64,000 nucleotides of DNA from assembly GCA_037310415.1 (NCBI GenBank), contig CP147780.1, positions 1,760,001 through 1,824,000 of the forward strand, in the 5' to 3' direction. The DNA comes from Candidatus Atabeyarchaeum deiterrae. GTDB taxonomy: Archaea > Asgardarchaeota > Atabeyarchaeia > Atabeyarchaeales > Atabeyarchaeaceae. The translations under genes were made by a program, and so were the position numbers. Below are positions 18,999-28,672 of this stretch, piece after piece; positions within the stretch are counted from its first letter, which is position 1, and each line of letters opens with the position of its first letter. The notes beneath the pieces were generated by a model. That model searched no databases and was not told the origin of the DNA. It saw only the letters and a program-made list of their open reading frames with translations.

Positions 18999-19718
18999 TC
19001 ATAGTGTGCTTACGCGCTTCCATTTCTTTTTAGTTGTTTGTCGCTTATTCGAGTGTAACGGTGGGTCCTTGATTTCGGGCTCCTCAAGGTGTTTGCCGCA
19101 TGCAGGACAGCTCTTTCTCAGGTGAACCCATTCAATCAAGTGGACCTTGTGAAAGGTGTTTCCGCAGTGTGGACAGCATGCGAGAACCTCGCTCTCATTC
19201 ATTTCCAAGTCGCAGACAAGGCACGTTCCAACTGGTTTGGGTTTCGGAAGATGATGTGTCGGTCTCTGGGTCTCAATCTGCTGCTCGGTAATTGTGATTC
19301 TTTCCCAGGCTGGGTGTTCCATGCTCGCTCCACAGTTTGGACAGAACTCAGCGTCCTCCAGGACCATGACTGCGCTACAGTATTTGCAGGTGGGTCGCAG
19401 CCGAACGACCTCTATCTTCTTGACACGGATAATAATAGATACTACAATGAGGAAATAGGGGAGGATTCCCAGGCCGATCAGAAACATGAGTTCCCCACTG
19501 TCAGCTTTTCCTCCATAAGTGCCCAAGTACATGATGACAAGCAACACGACAACAATTGTGATGATTGGGAATCCAGCGATTCCGAGACCCATTGATGCTC
19601 TGAAACGAGCAGTTGTCTTGAGTACAGCCGGACAGTTGGGGCAATGAACCTCCCCAGATGCTTGACGTTTCTCGTTAGTCCAGAAATTGACTTCGTTCCT
19701 GCAGTTTGGGCACTTCAT
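18999..19718 (-). CDS. Zn-ribbon / 2TM / Zn-ribbon / RING-variant membrane protein
   Basis: CPNC..CPNC, two TM helices, CKYC..CPNC, CLVC-x12-CPHC-x4-HKVHLIEW-x6-CPAC. Confidence 0.78.
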   Translation of the reverse strand: MKCPNCRNEVNFWTNEKRQASGEVHCPNCPAVLKTTARFRASMGLGIAGFPIITIVVVLLVIMYLGTYGGKADSGELMFLIGLGILPYFLIVVSIIIRVKKIEVVRLRPTCKYCSAVMVLEDAEFCPNCGASMEHPAWERITITEQQIETQRPTHHLPKPKPVGTCLVCDLEMNESEVLACCPHCGNTFHKVHLIEWVHLRKSCPACGKHLEEPEIKDPPLHSNKRQTTKKKWKRVSTL

Positions 19719-19829
19719 TCTCTGCTTCCCCTCTACCCTGCATCTCTTCTGATGCTCAAACTAGGATTCATCTGCTCAAGTATCAGTCTCATACATTGAT
19801 TCATGATGTAGCTGACTTACAGCCTTCAT

Positions 19830-20564
19830 CTATTTTATTCTTCTTTGCATGCGCTTTTCAGATAACTGTTCCGTTAACTCCTTCTCGTCCAACTCCTTGC
19901 CACAAGATGGACACTCCTCGTGCACGTGCAAATACTCGAGTAAATGAGTTTTGTGGGCAGAACTCCCACAGTGCGGACACCATGCAGCAATTTCATTCGC
20001 CATCAGTTCCTCCTTACATACAGCGCAGATCCCGATGGTTTTGGTTCTAGGTGCCTTACTTTGTACTGCCACAGTTCCAGCTTGTCGAGAGCTAGCACGC
20101 TTTTTCCCAGATATATCGTCCAATTCTGCTCCACACTTCGGGCAGAAGTGTGCGCTCTCCATCTTGATTGTTGAACCACATCTAGCACAGATCGATGCAA
20201 GTCGAACCACCTGCAACTTCGCAGTGAACTGGGCAAATACTCCTAGAGAAATGCCGAGGATTACTCCACTCCAAAAGACTACGCCTGGGATCGGGTTTCC
20301 TTGCAACAGAAATATGGATGCAGTAGAATCAGTAAGATGTCCTCCAAGTGCGAGACCGACCAGAGCCGAAGCAACGGCTCCCAACACAATGGTGAGAATT
20401 GAGAACAGGAATAGTAGTCCCTTACTTCTTGGAAATCTGAGCACAGCAGCACACTTCGGACACCTTAGTTCTTGTCCCAGATCTTCGCGCCCTTTGAGCG
20501 TGATCCTTTCATCGCAATTTGGGCATTTCAGCGCCAATTCATATCTCATTTCACTCTCTTCCAC
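19830..20564 (-). CDS. Zn-ribbon / 2TM / Zn-ribbon / RING-variant membrane protein
   Basis: CPNC..CPKC, two TM helices, CARC..CPKC, CAVC-x12-CPHC-x4-HKTHLLEY-x6-CPSC. Confidence 0.78.
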   Translation of the reverse strand: MEESEMRYELALKCPNCDERITLKGREDLGQELRCPKCAAVLRFPRSKGLLFLFSILTIVLGAVASALVGLALGGHLTDSTASIFLLQGNPIPGVVFWSGVILGISLGVFAQFTAKLQVVRLASICARCGSTIKMESAHFCPKCGAELDDISGKKRASSRQAGTVAVQSKAPRTKTIGICAVCKEELMANEIAAWCPHCGSSAHKTHLLEYLHVHEECPSCGKELDEKELTEQLSEKRMQRRIK

Positions 20565-21146
20565 GAGCGATTGTGATCCTCACTTTGGAGTTTCGGCACC
20601 TTGCTTCTTCTGATTTTCATGCCTTGGATTCCCGGTACCTTCTGATCCCCCATCATTTTTCCTTCCATTCCCTTTTTCCACTCATAACATGAGAAGCCAT
20701 CATGACAAGGATCGTCGGGCAGAAGAACCAGAATTATGTAGAGCCTTGTGCAATATTGTCAACTTTCTGCATCTTTTCTCTTTCTACTTGCAACGGCCCC
20801 ATCACCCTGACTCAAAGGTCCCACTTCCTTCGATTCGCTCTCAACTGTAAGAACAGTGGATCAGTGACCTCTCACCCATAGTCCAATATATAAGGTAATC
20901 GCTTACAGTCAGTGAAACCAACTTTCTTGAGTGGAGTTGCATTAAACGGGACTTCCATCGGTTGAGGCCTGATCGAGAATCTCAGCAAATTCTACCTGCC
21001 AATTATTCTCAAATTGCTCGGATTAGTTTGTAATGGATAGGCAGCATCGGATGCCATTTGTTGAGAATTACGCAACGCCACCCGCAGAAAGCCCAACTGT
21101 TCGCACATCTTCTTAAGTATCTTGTCAAGAATCTCCCTAGTATAAG

Positions 21147-21881
21147 GTGTGTGATGCTATGCTTGCCACGGAGATTTCTCTCATCAGTTCCTTTACAATA
21201 AACGAGACAATTAAGCATATTTGCAGTGGAAAATTCCTTCTTCCCACAGTGCAGGAAGGGAACATCTGGTCTCCTAATGACGTGGTTAGACTATTCGATT
21301 CCCTAGTGCGGAGACACTCTTTAGGTTCATTCGTATTCTGGAGCGTCGGTAGAGAAAAGATGAAAGATTACAAATTCTACCCGCTTTGGCGAGATCAGCA
21401 TGAATCCTGCAACCAAAATGAGCTCAATGTAAGTCTTGGTGGCGCCGAAAATGTGTTAGTTGTCCTAGATGGGAAACGACGACTCGCTTCGCTCTACGTA
21501 GCGCTCAAAGGAATAAATGGGAGTGGAATGCCTGGAGAGTCATGCGATAATGACATTCATCTTCACGAAAGAAAACTGCACTTCAACCTTCTCTCCAAAC
21601 CAGCTGAGGATGAGCCATATCGGGGCTTCAAATTCCTAACGTCTCTGGAGGCTTCTGGTCAGCGGGATGAGAACACACACTGGTTCGAAATTGGCAAGGT
21701 ACTCGAGTTCAGGACCGTGGGCGATGCAAACAATTATCTGAGAGATAGCAATCTTATAGGAATTCAGTGTTCATCGCATTGGATGCTGAAGTTCTTCAAG
21801 GTCTTCAATGAAAAAGGGATAATAACCGGTCATCTGGAAACCTGCGAAGAAGTCGGAAGAGCTTTCATGGTTCTCTTGTGA
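21147..21881 (+). CDS. Degenerate/truncated DUF262 (GmrS-like) protein
   Basis: LLPTVQEGNIW (consensus PxxQRxYVW), LFDSL, LGSFVFW, VLDGKRRLASL (consensus DGQQR); no C-terminal nuclease domain. Confidence 0.7.
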   Translation: MCDAMLATEISLISSFTINETIKHICSGKFLLPTVQEGNIWSPNDVVRLFDSLVRRHSLGSFVFWSVGREKMKDYKFYPLWRDQHESCNQNELNVSLGGAENVLVVLDGKRRLASLYVALKGINGSGMPGESCDNDIHLHERKLHFNLLSKPAEDEPYRGFKFLTSLEASGQRDENTHWFEIGKVLEFRTVGDANNYLRDSNLIGIQCSSHWMLKFFKVFNEKGIITGHLETCEEVGRAFMVLL

Positions 21882-21903
21882 GAACAAAAAGCTGCCGCTC
21901 ATG

Positions 21904-22563
21904 TTAGCCGAACTTGAAGGCGCACGGGCAGAGTTTGTTGAGTAAGCATTGAGCGCATTTTGGTTTCTTGGCCATGCAGATCGCTCTACCATGTGATATC
22001 AGCAGATCGGTCACCTTTGCCCACTTTTCTCTGGGCACCAATTCCATAAGATCTCTCTCAATCTTGTTGGCATCTTTCTTCTGTGTGAATCCAAGCCTCT
22101 GGGCAAGTCTGAAAACGTGGGTGTCAACGGCTATTCCTTCGATCACGCCATATGCGTTCTGGAGGACAATGTTCGCGGTCTTTCTCGCAACACCAGGTAA
22201 CTCAACCATTTCTTCCATTGTTCTTGGAATGATAGAGTTGAACTTCTCGACCAACATTTGGGAACTTTTCTTTATGTTCTTAGCCTTGTTGTGATAGAAA
22301 CCCGTTGGTTTGATCTCTTTTTCCAGTTTTCTCAGATCGGATTTCGCGTAGTCTTCGGCTGTCCTGTATTTCTGAAACAACGTCTTGGTGACGATGTTTA
22401 CTATTTTGTCAGTGCATTGAGCCGAAAGTATGGTCGCAACGAGTATCTCCAAGGGACTTGAGTAGTTCAATGCTGTTCTCGCGTTAGGATACTCGCTTTC
22501 CAGTAGCTCAATTACTCTAAGCATTCGTGTCTTCTCGTCGGCAGTCATTGTCAAGACTCCCAT
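21904..22563 (-). CDS. nth: Endonuclease III
   Basis: LSAQCTD, LPGVARKTAN HhH motif, VDTHV, C-x6-C-x2-C-x5-C. Confidence 0.96.
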   Translation of the reverse strand: MGVLTMTADEKTRMLRVIELLESEYPNARTALNYSSPLEILVATILSAQCTDKIVNIVTKTLFQKYRTAEDYAKSDLRKLEKEIKPTGFYHNKAKNIKKSSQMLVEKFNSIIPRTMEEMVELPGVARKTANIVLQNAYGVIEGIAVDTHVFRLAQRLGFTQKKDANKIERDLMELVPREKWAKVTDLLISHGRAICMAKKPKCAQCLLNKLCPCAFKFG

Positions 22564-22659
22564 CTTGCGTTGTTTCGTTCAACTGCAGTATGCTCTTTCC
22601 GTCCGACCTACATAAAGTTTTTACGTTTTCACCGGACACTGTGTACGAAGGTGATGCTA

Positions 22660-22809
22660 ATGGAAGTCAAGCTTCTTGTTGACGGCAAGGAAATAGAGCT
22701 AAATGAGTTTGTAATGAAGGTCCTAGGCAGAACCATAACTGGTATGGTCACTTCTCTACGTGATATAAGCAAAGGTTGGAAAGAGATCAAAATAACAGTG
22801 AGCAAGTAG
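22660..22809 (+). CDS. Small conserved hypothetical protein (resembles the C-terminal domain of MobB-type proteins)
   Basis: MEVKLLVDGKEIELNEFV...GMVTSLR; AAGGTGA RBS upstream of ATG 22660. Confidence 0.55.
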   Translation: MEVKLLVDGKEIELNEFVMKVLGRTITGMVTSLRDISKGWKEIKITVSK

Positions 22810-22910
22810 CTGGCTCTTAGCTGGGCACGAAAAATAATCGGCTAGCATGGATCACAAATTCGCCATGTTGCTGGCACTAAGAACACAGGTCCATCGCCAG
22901 CGCGATTCCA

Positions 22911-23456
22911 TCATGTGCCTACTCTAGTTGGCAACTCCGAAAACATCTCTCTCTTGGCCTTGCAAATAGGGCAAATGTACGGAGGCTCATCTCTATAGCA
23001 AACGTAGCCACATTGCTCGCAGTACCACAACTTCATCTTTCCGGCAGCTTGTTGCTTGGTTGTTGCAGGCGTTTTCTTCTCAGTCCTCTTCGTTGCTGAA
23101 GGTTCTTTGGACGTTTCAAAAGCTCTAGCTTGTTTTTCTGGGGGTCTGCGTTCCGGGATCGGATTGAAGGCGGCTCTTCCACTGAATACATCCTCGTTGA
23201 CGTAGAGTCCGCAGTAGCAGGTTCCATACTCCTTGACATCTGGATCTCGGTACCAGCACGGGCAGATTATGTCTCTGTCAAAGTCAAGTTTTCCAGCTGC
23301 GAGCCTGCAAGGGCACGAAGGGTAGCCGTACCGCTCTTCATTCTTCTTGAGTCCTTCTAAAAGGTCGCTCACAAAAGCCTTGTCTGGATTCAGGTAGCAG
23401 CCATTGGTTTTTGCATCGCTTTCTGCTCTCTGTCGAACCTTCTCTAAGGTTATCAT
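22911..23456 (-). CDS. Ferredoxin:disulfide reductase (FTR catalytic domain + C-terminal rubredoxin)
   Basis: CPCRL, CPC, CYCGLY motifs; CEQCGY..CPIC. Confidence 0.9.
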   Translation of the reverse strand: MITLEKVRQRAESDAKTNGCYLNPDKAFVSDLLEGLKKNEERYGYPSCPCRLAAGKLDFDRDIICPCWYRDPDVKEYGTCYCGLYVNEDVFSGRAAFNPIPERRPPEKQARAFETSKEPSATKRTEKKTPATTKQQAAGKMKLWYCEQCGYVCYRDEPPYICPICKAKREMFSELPTRVGT

Positions 23457-23767
23457 AGTCCCAAAGCCTCCTTGAATCTGTCTTCCCTGTAACCATTTAT
23501 CGCTTTCTTGTCGTCGATGATTATGGTTGGGAACACGATATTTCCTCCGTGCTTAGCTATGTCTTTTCTAATCTCCTCTTGGTCTGAGGGGTTGTATAAG
23601 TCGATGTCAGCATACTCGAATTCGATACCGTTTTCTTTCATAAACTGCTTGGTTTTCTTACACCAAACACATGTGCTCAGCGCGTAAATCAAGACTTTGT
23701 GTGCCTTGTTTTTTCCGGGGACTTTGTTGGTCTTCATCGTTTTCTCCTCTGTGCCCTTTAGTATCAA
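23453..23767 (-). CDS. Glutaredoxin/NrdH-like protein
   Basis: STCVWCKKTK, FPTII; 4-bp overlap with the FTR gene. Confidence 0.9.
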   Translation of the reverse strand: MILKGTEEKTMKTNKVPGKNKAHKVLIYALSTCVWCKKTKQFMKENGIEFEYADIDLYNPSDQEEIRKDIAKHGGNIVFPTIIIDDKKAINGYREDRFKEALGL

Positions 23768-23928
23768 AGTTCATTATAAAAGCATTTGTGGAAATAGCTG
23801 GAAGAGGCACTATTTGCCTGCCCTCGAAAAAGTTGGGTGTCTAGCTTTGGTCTCGAACAGAAAGTTAAAAGAACAACTTCCTTGCACTAATCGTTTTGAA
23901 CTGATTCAGTACGCTCACTTGTGTTGAA

Positions 23929-25029
23929 TTGGAGTCGACAGCGATGGCAAAGAAGACATACGAAATCTGTGAGATCGTTGGTGATGGCATAGGTCCTGAG
24001 ATTATGTCTGCAGCCAAAGAAGTCCTCAAAACTGTGCAAGATTCCCTTGGGTTCAAGCTCAGGTATCATTTGGCGCCATGCGGGGACAAGGTGAAAGAGG
24101 AAACTGGCACAACAATTCCAGAGGAATCAGTAGAGATCTTTAAGAGATGTGATGCTGCGCTTAAGGGACCGATAGGCGACAATGTTCGAGATTTCGTTGT
24201 GGGCTTCAGGCAAAGGTACGACCTTTATGCAAATGTGAGACCAGCCATATCATATCCATCGATAAGTCCCCCAGCTTTGAGACCGGACATAAACTTGGTG
24301 GTAATAAGAGAGAACTCAGAGGGACTGTACAAGTCAATTGAGAATGAGGTGACTGATGGAGTATGGACAGCAACGGGTGTCTACACCATCAAAGCGTGTG
24401 AAAGGTTTGCAAAGTTCTCCTTCGAATATGCAAAGAAGAGATTGGAGAAAGGCGTGGGAAAAGGATACGTGGTTGTCGCAACAAAGAAGAACATATTCAG
24501 GAGGACTCACGGAATGTTCTACGAAGCATTCAGAAAAGTCTCTGAGAACTACCCGGATATCAGATTCGACCATTATTATGCTGACGCTATGTGCGCGTAT
24601 TTTGTCAGACGCCCTCAGGATTTTGATGTTGTTGCCTCTGAGAACCTCCTCGCAGATCTTCTCAGTGATTTGGCAGGGGAAGTGGCTGGTGGCCTGGGTA
24701 TGACTGCAGGCACAAACACCAACCCGGAAACAAAAATGGGTCTATTTGAACCCACCCATGGGAGTGCTCCAGACATAGTAGGCACAGGAAAAGCAAACCC
24801 AATTGGGCAAATACGATCCGCCGCCCTCATGCTTGAATTCCTGGGCACAGTTCATGGCGATAACAAATGTCTCGCGGGATCAATGCTGATCGAGAAGGCA
24901 ATAGAGAGACTGCTGACTGGGGAGAAGAAAGAGAACCTTCCTATCGAGCTGGGTGGGAAATCTAAGACGGATGATGTAGCACACAGAACTGCGGGATACG
25001 CGGGAGGTCAAAGTGCTGGTCAGAAGTGA
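23929..25029 (+). CDS. Isocitrate/isopropylmalate dehydrogenase family protein
   Basis: GDGIGPE, LYANVRP, RENSEG, DLLSD, FEPTHGSAPDI. Confidence 0.92.
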   Translation: MESTAMAKKTYEICEIVGDGIGPEIMSAAKEVLKTVQDSLGFKLRYHLAPCGDKVKEETGTTIPEESVEIFKRCDAALKGPIGDNVRDFVVGFRQRYDLYANVRPAISYPSISPPALRPDINLVVIRENSEGLYKSIENEVTDGVWTATGVYTIKACERFAKFSFEYAKKRLEKGVGKGYVVVATKKNIFRRTHGMFYEAFRKVSENYPDIRFDHYYADAMCAYFVRRPQDFDVVASENLLADLLSDLAGEVAGGLGMTAGTNTNPETKMGLFEPTHGSAPDIVGTGKANPIGQIRSAALMLEFLGTVHGDNKCLAGSMLIEKAIERLLTGEKKENLPIELGGKSKTDDVAHRTAGYAGGQSAGQK

Positions 25030-25086
25030 CAATCTTGTCAAAATAGAAGACTTAATCCTCAACATATTCTGCTTTTCACCTTCGCC

Positions 25087-25115
25087 AAAAGGGTAATATG
25101 TCAAGAGAAACATAA
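25087..25115 (+). promoter_or_regulatory. Conserved upstream element, copy 1 (before first DMT paralog)
   Basis: AAAAGGGTAATATgtcAAGAGAAACATAA, shared with 26267-26294. Confidence 0.55.
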
Positions 25116-25199
25116 TCCGCCACCACAATTCATGGAACCCAGAGAAGCGTCGGTACCGATTCTGAATCCTTTTATATTCAGAGGAGAGGAATTAAAAAC

Positions 25200-26102
25200 A
25201 TGGCGGATGGAGCAGTGTATTGGATTTGGGTGCTGCTGGCTGTAACAGGAGGCATAATATCGAACATAGGAGTCATTCTCCAAAAGAAAGTGGTTAACGA
25301 AATCCCTCTGAAAGCTAAACAGCAGAGATTTTTTCGTTCGCTTGTGAGGAGACCAGTGTGGTTGCTTGGACTGGTTCTCAGCATGTTCGCTCCAGCAGCG
25401 TTTGTCATCGGGGCTAACCTGTACATTGGTCCCGCCCTCGTGCCAGGACTCATGAACGCAGGACTGATCGTACTGGCAATCGGGTCAGTCCGGATGAACA
25501 AGGAAAAGCTTCAAAAATCTGAGTATGCTGGAATTCTGCTAATGATGGCTGCTGTCTTCTTCCTCGGCTTCAGTATGCTTTCTATTGACATGTCAAAATA
25601 CGATCTGAACACTCAATGGATATTCCTTAATTCGATCGAGTTTACTGCCATCATAGTTGTACTCTGGGCCATCTTTTTCATTTTTCAAAGAAAAAGCGCG
25701 AACCATCGTGCTGTTCTACTTATTTTCGCTTCTGGCTTCATGTATGTGCTAACGAATTTCTGGGTTGCCCCTCTGTCGGCAACGATATTCACCGTTCTTC
25801 AAGGCATCGCGACAGTGAATGAGTGGATATTCTTCATCTTATCCTGCGTTATTCTGCCTACAGCTAATCTGATGACAATTGCGAATCAACAAACCGCGTA
25901 CAGGTATGGTCAAGCAAGCAACCTCAACACTATCCAACAATTCCCTACTCAACTTGTTCCAGTATTCGTATATCTCTTCGTCTTCCAGATGACTCCGCCA
26001 TCGATCTACTCTCTTCCATTGCTTGTTATGGGAACCGCTTTGGTTCTGATCAGTTCTTTTCTCTTGGCGAGGCGCAAGGAAGAGATCAGCAAGATCAAAT
26101 GA
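25200..26102 (+). CDS. DMT superfamily transporter (NIPA-like), paralog 1
   Basis: About 9 TM; GxxxQKK, WLLG, GPALxPGL, NKExL motifs. Confidence 0.75.
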   Translation: MADGAVYWIWVLLAVTGGIISNIGVILQKKVVNEIPLKAKQQRFFRSLVRRPVWLLGLVLSMFAPAAFVIGANLYIGPALVPGLMNAGLIVLAIGSVRMNKEKLQKSEYAGILLMMAAVFFLGFSMLSIDMSKYDLNTQWIFLNSIEFTAIIVVLWAIFFIFQRKSANHRAVLLIFASGFMYVLTNFWVAPLSATIFTVLQGIATVNEWIFFILSCVILPTANLMTIANQQTAYRYGQASNLNTIQQFPTQLVPVFVYLFVFQMTPPSIYSLPLLVMGTALVLISSFLLARRKEEISKIK

Positions 26103-26266
26103 GCCTCTTTCCTGAACCATCTTCTTACGCCATAAGTGCCTAAGGATGTATTGGGAACTCTGGACAAATCACCAGGACCTAGGAGGGGGAGGGTATCGAA
26201 CCACGAGGCTTGCTTTGCATACAGTATGAAATCCTTGCTACCGAGGAATTCTCCTTTCCTTATTGG

Positions 26267-26294
26267 AAAAGGTAATATCTGAAGAGAAACATAA
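26267..26294 (+). promoter_or_regulatory. Conserved upstream element, copy 2 (before second DMT paralog)
   Basis: AAAAGGTAATATctgAAGAGAAACATAA. Confidence 0.55.
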
Positions 26295-26362
26295 CCACCC
26301 GCAAATGGTCTAAGAGATTCGAGTAGCAAACTGGTGTGTAATAAAGGAGTGAGATTCACAAT

Positions 26363-27256
26363 TTGGATGAATACTTGATAGGCGTTCTGGCAGCGATTCT
26401 TGGAGGATCAATATCAAGTCTTGGGGTGATCTGTCAGAAGAAGGTAGTCAATGACATCCCTCCCAAAGCCAAGGAGCAGCGATTCTTTCGTTCATTAGTA
26501 AAAAGACCCTTGTGGCTTCTCGGTCTGATTCTCGGCACATTCGCTCCTGCAGTATTTGTCGTTATGGCCAATTTGTATGTTGGTCCAGCTCTTACACCAG
26601 GGCTGATGAGTGCTGGTCTTATTGTGCTAGCAATCGGCTCCGTGAAGATCAACAAAGAGCATCTCGGTCGATCCGATTATGCAGGCATCTTTCTGATGAT
26701 AGTGGCGATTTTCTTCTTGGGCTTCAGCCAGCTTTCGTTAGGGATGGCGAATTATGATTTCAATGTGCAGTGGATCCTCATTAATTCGATCTTGTTCCAG
26801 GTAATCCTTTTCGTCCTCTATGCGTTCTTCGCCATCATCCAGAGAGGCAGCAAGAACTACCGTGCAGTTCTGCTCATCTTTGCAGCAGGATTCATGTTTG
26901 CCACACAGAATTTCTGGATGGCGCCGCTGTCAAAGACGATTTTCGGCGTGTTCCTTGGCACTGCAACTCCGGGTGAATGGACATTCTTCGTCTTGTCCGC
27001 CGTTATTCTCTCGCTATCCGCGATCATCGCCATCGTGACTCAGCAGACCGCATATAAATATGGACAAGCAAGTACTCTTAACACTCTTCAGCAGTTCCCA
27101 ACGCAAATGGTTCCACCTTTCCTCTACCTGTTCGTTTTCATGGCGACCCCCCCATTCTTCTATTCCTTGCCGCTGCTCGTTGTTGGGACCAGCTTGGTTC
27201 TTGTTAGTTCCTTCCTATTGGCAAAACGGAAGGTAGAAATCAGTAAAATCAAATGA
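26363..27256 (+). CDS. DMT superfamily transporter (NIPA-like), paralog 2
   Basis: Colinear with 25200-26102 along its whole length, both ending EISKIK. Confidence 0.75.
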   Translation: MDEYLIGVLAAILGGSISSLGVICQKKVVNDIPPKAKEQRFFRSLVKRPLWLLGLILGTFAPAVFVVMANLYVGPALTPGLMSAGLIVLAIGSVKINKEHLGRSDYAGIFLMIVAIFFLGFSQLSLGMANYDFNVQWILINSILFQVILFVLYAFFAIIQRGSKNYRAVLLIFAAGFMFATQNFWMAPLSKTIFGVFLGTATPGEWTFFVLSAVILSLSAIIAIVTQQTAYKYGQASTLNTLQQFPTQMVPPFLYLFVFMATPPFFYSLPLLVVGTSLVLVSSFLLAKRKVEISKIK

Positions 27257-27358
27257 GCACATTCTCCCCCTTCTTTTTTTGTGGCATGAGGACACTTCTA
27301 TTTGTCTTCTCGCCTACGTGAGAGCATGCCTTGTTAAGAAGAACAAGAAAGGTTAAGA

Positions 27359-28564
27359 GTGATTGGAAATGGATATCTAGGCATCAGGCGAAAGAGGCGA
27401 ACATTTTTTTTGAGAAAGGAACTTTTGATGATTCCTGGTCCCACATCAGTTTCGCCTAGAGTCTTACGGGCAATGGGAAACCAGATTGTCAGTCATACAA
27501 GCGACGAATTCATCGAGGCACTTGATGATGCTGTCAGAATGACAGCCAACCTATTTCAGACGAAAGGTCAACCGCTCATTCTCGCGGGCTCGGGCACTCT
27601 CGGCATGGAAACCGCACTCTGCAATGTTGTTGAGCGAGGCGAGAAGATCCTCTGCGTAAACAATGGCTTCTTTGGCACACGCTTTGCCGAAATAGCGAAA
27701 ACGCATGGAATTAGTGCTGACCTAATTGAATTCGAATGGGGTCACCATGTCGACCCTTCAATCATCAGGGAAAAACTCGAAAGAGAACGATATAAGGCAG
27801 TGACAGTTGTCCACGTGGATACAGCGACTGGCATCGTGAACCCGATAAAAGAGATCGGGGAGATAGCGAAGAACTTCGAGACGATGTACATCGTCGATAC
27901 TGTATGCTCGATGGGCGGGATTGAGGTTCAAGTCGATAACTGGAATATAGATGTATGCCTAACTGGTTCACAGAAAGCAATCGCTGCACCACCAGGTCTA
28001 GCATTGCTCAGCTTCAACGAAAATGCTCAGCGGGCGATAGAGAAGCGGAAAACGCAAGTAGAATCATACTACATGGATTTCGCCAGATGGAAACCCGTAA
28101 TGCAAGATCCTAAGAGCAGAAGCTACTTCGCCACACCATCAGTCCCACTGGTTCTTGCATTAAGAGAAGCACTCCGAATCTTATTCAAAGAAGGCCTTGC
28201 AAAACGCTGGCGTCGCCACCAGATGATTGCAGAGGCGACTCGAAAGGGTATACAAGCAATGGATCTGAACCTGTTTCCAGAGGAGAACTATAGAGCCAAC
28301 ACGCTCTCGGTCTTCGATGTGCCCAAAGAAGTGAGCGATGCAAGTCTGCGTGAAACAATGAATAAGACTCACGGTGTTGTCGTCGCTGGAGGACTAGGCA
28401 AACTGAAGGGAAAGACTATCCGCATCGGACACATGGGGACGGTGACTTCCAATAACATAGTCACGACTCTGAACTCAATCGGAGTCTCATTAAACAAACT
28501 CGGACACAAGGTCGACACCAAGAAAGCGATTTTGTCAGCCAGAGCGAAACTCAAGCACGCCTAG
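27359..28564 (+). CDS. Class V aminotransferase (alanine-glyoxylate/serine-pyruvate type; true start probably ~27410-27428)
   Basis: LMIPGP, GSGTLGME, VDTVCS, GSQKAI (PLP lysine), RIGHMG. Confidence 0.93.
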   Translation: MIGNGYLGIRRKRRTFFLRKELLMIPGPTSVSPRVLRAMGNQIVSHTSDEFIEALDDAVRMTANLFQTKGQPLILAGSGTLGMETALCNVVERGEKILCVNNGFFGTRFAEIAKTHGISADLIEFEWGHHVDPSIIREKLERERYKAVTVVHVDTATGIVNPIKEIGEIAKNFETMYIVDTVCSMGGIEVQVDNWNIDVCLTGSQKAIAAPPGLALLSFNENAQRAIEKRKTQVESYYMDFARWKPVMQDPKSRSYFATPSVPLVLALREALRILFKEGLAKRWRRHQMIAEATRKGIQAMDLNLFPEENYRANTLSVFDVPKEVSDASLRETMNKTHGVVVAGGLGKLKGKTIRIGHMGTVTSNNIVTTLNSIGVSLNKLGHKVDTKKAILSARAKLKHA

Positions 28565-28672
28565 TACAGGAGCTATTCTCTTCACTCAAGGCAATCAACA
28601 AAAGAATGTACGACCTCTTACATCCAAATCAGCTATGGAATTGCATACAGAAAGGGCGCATGGAGAGAAATC

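Noticed and set aside
26180-26205. tRNA-3'-like string on the minus strand (GTGGTTCGATACCCTCCCCCTCCT)
   Set aside because: The T-stem does not pair, and no D arm, anticodon arm or acceptor partner is present.
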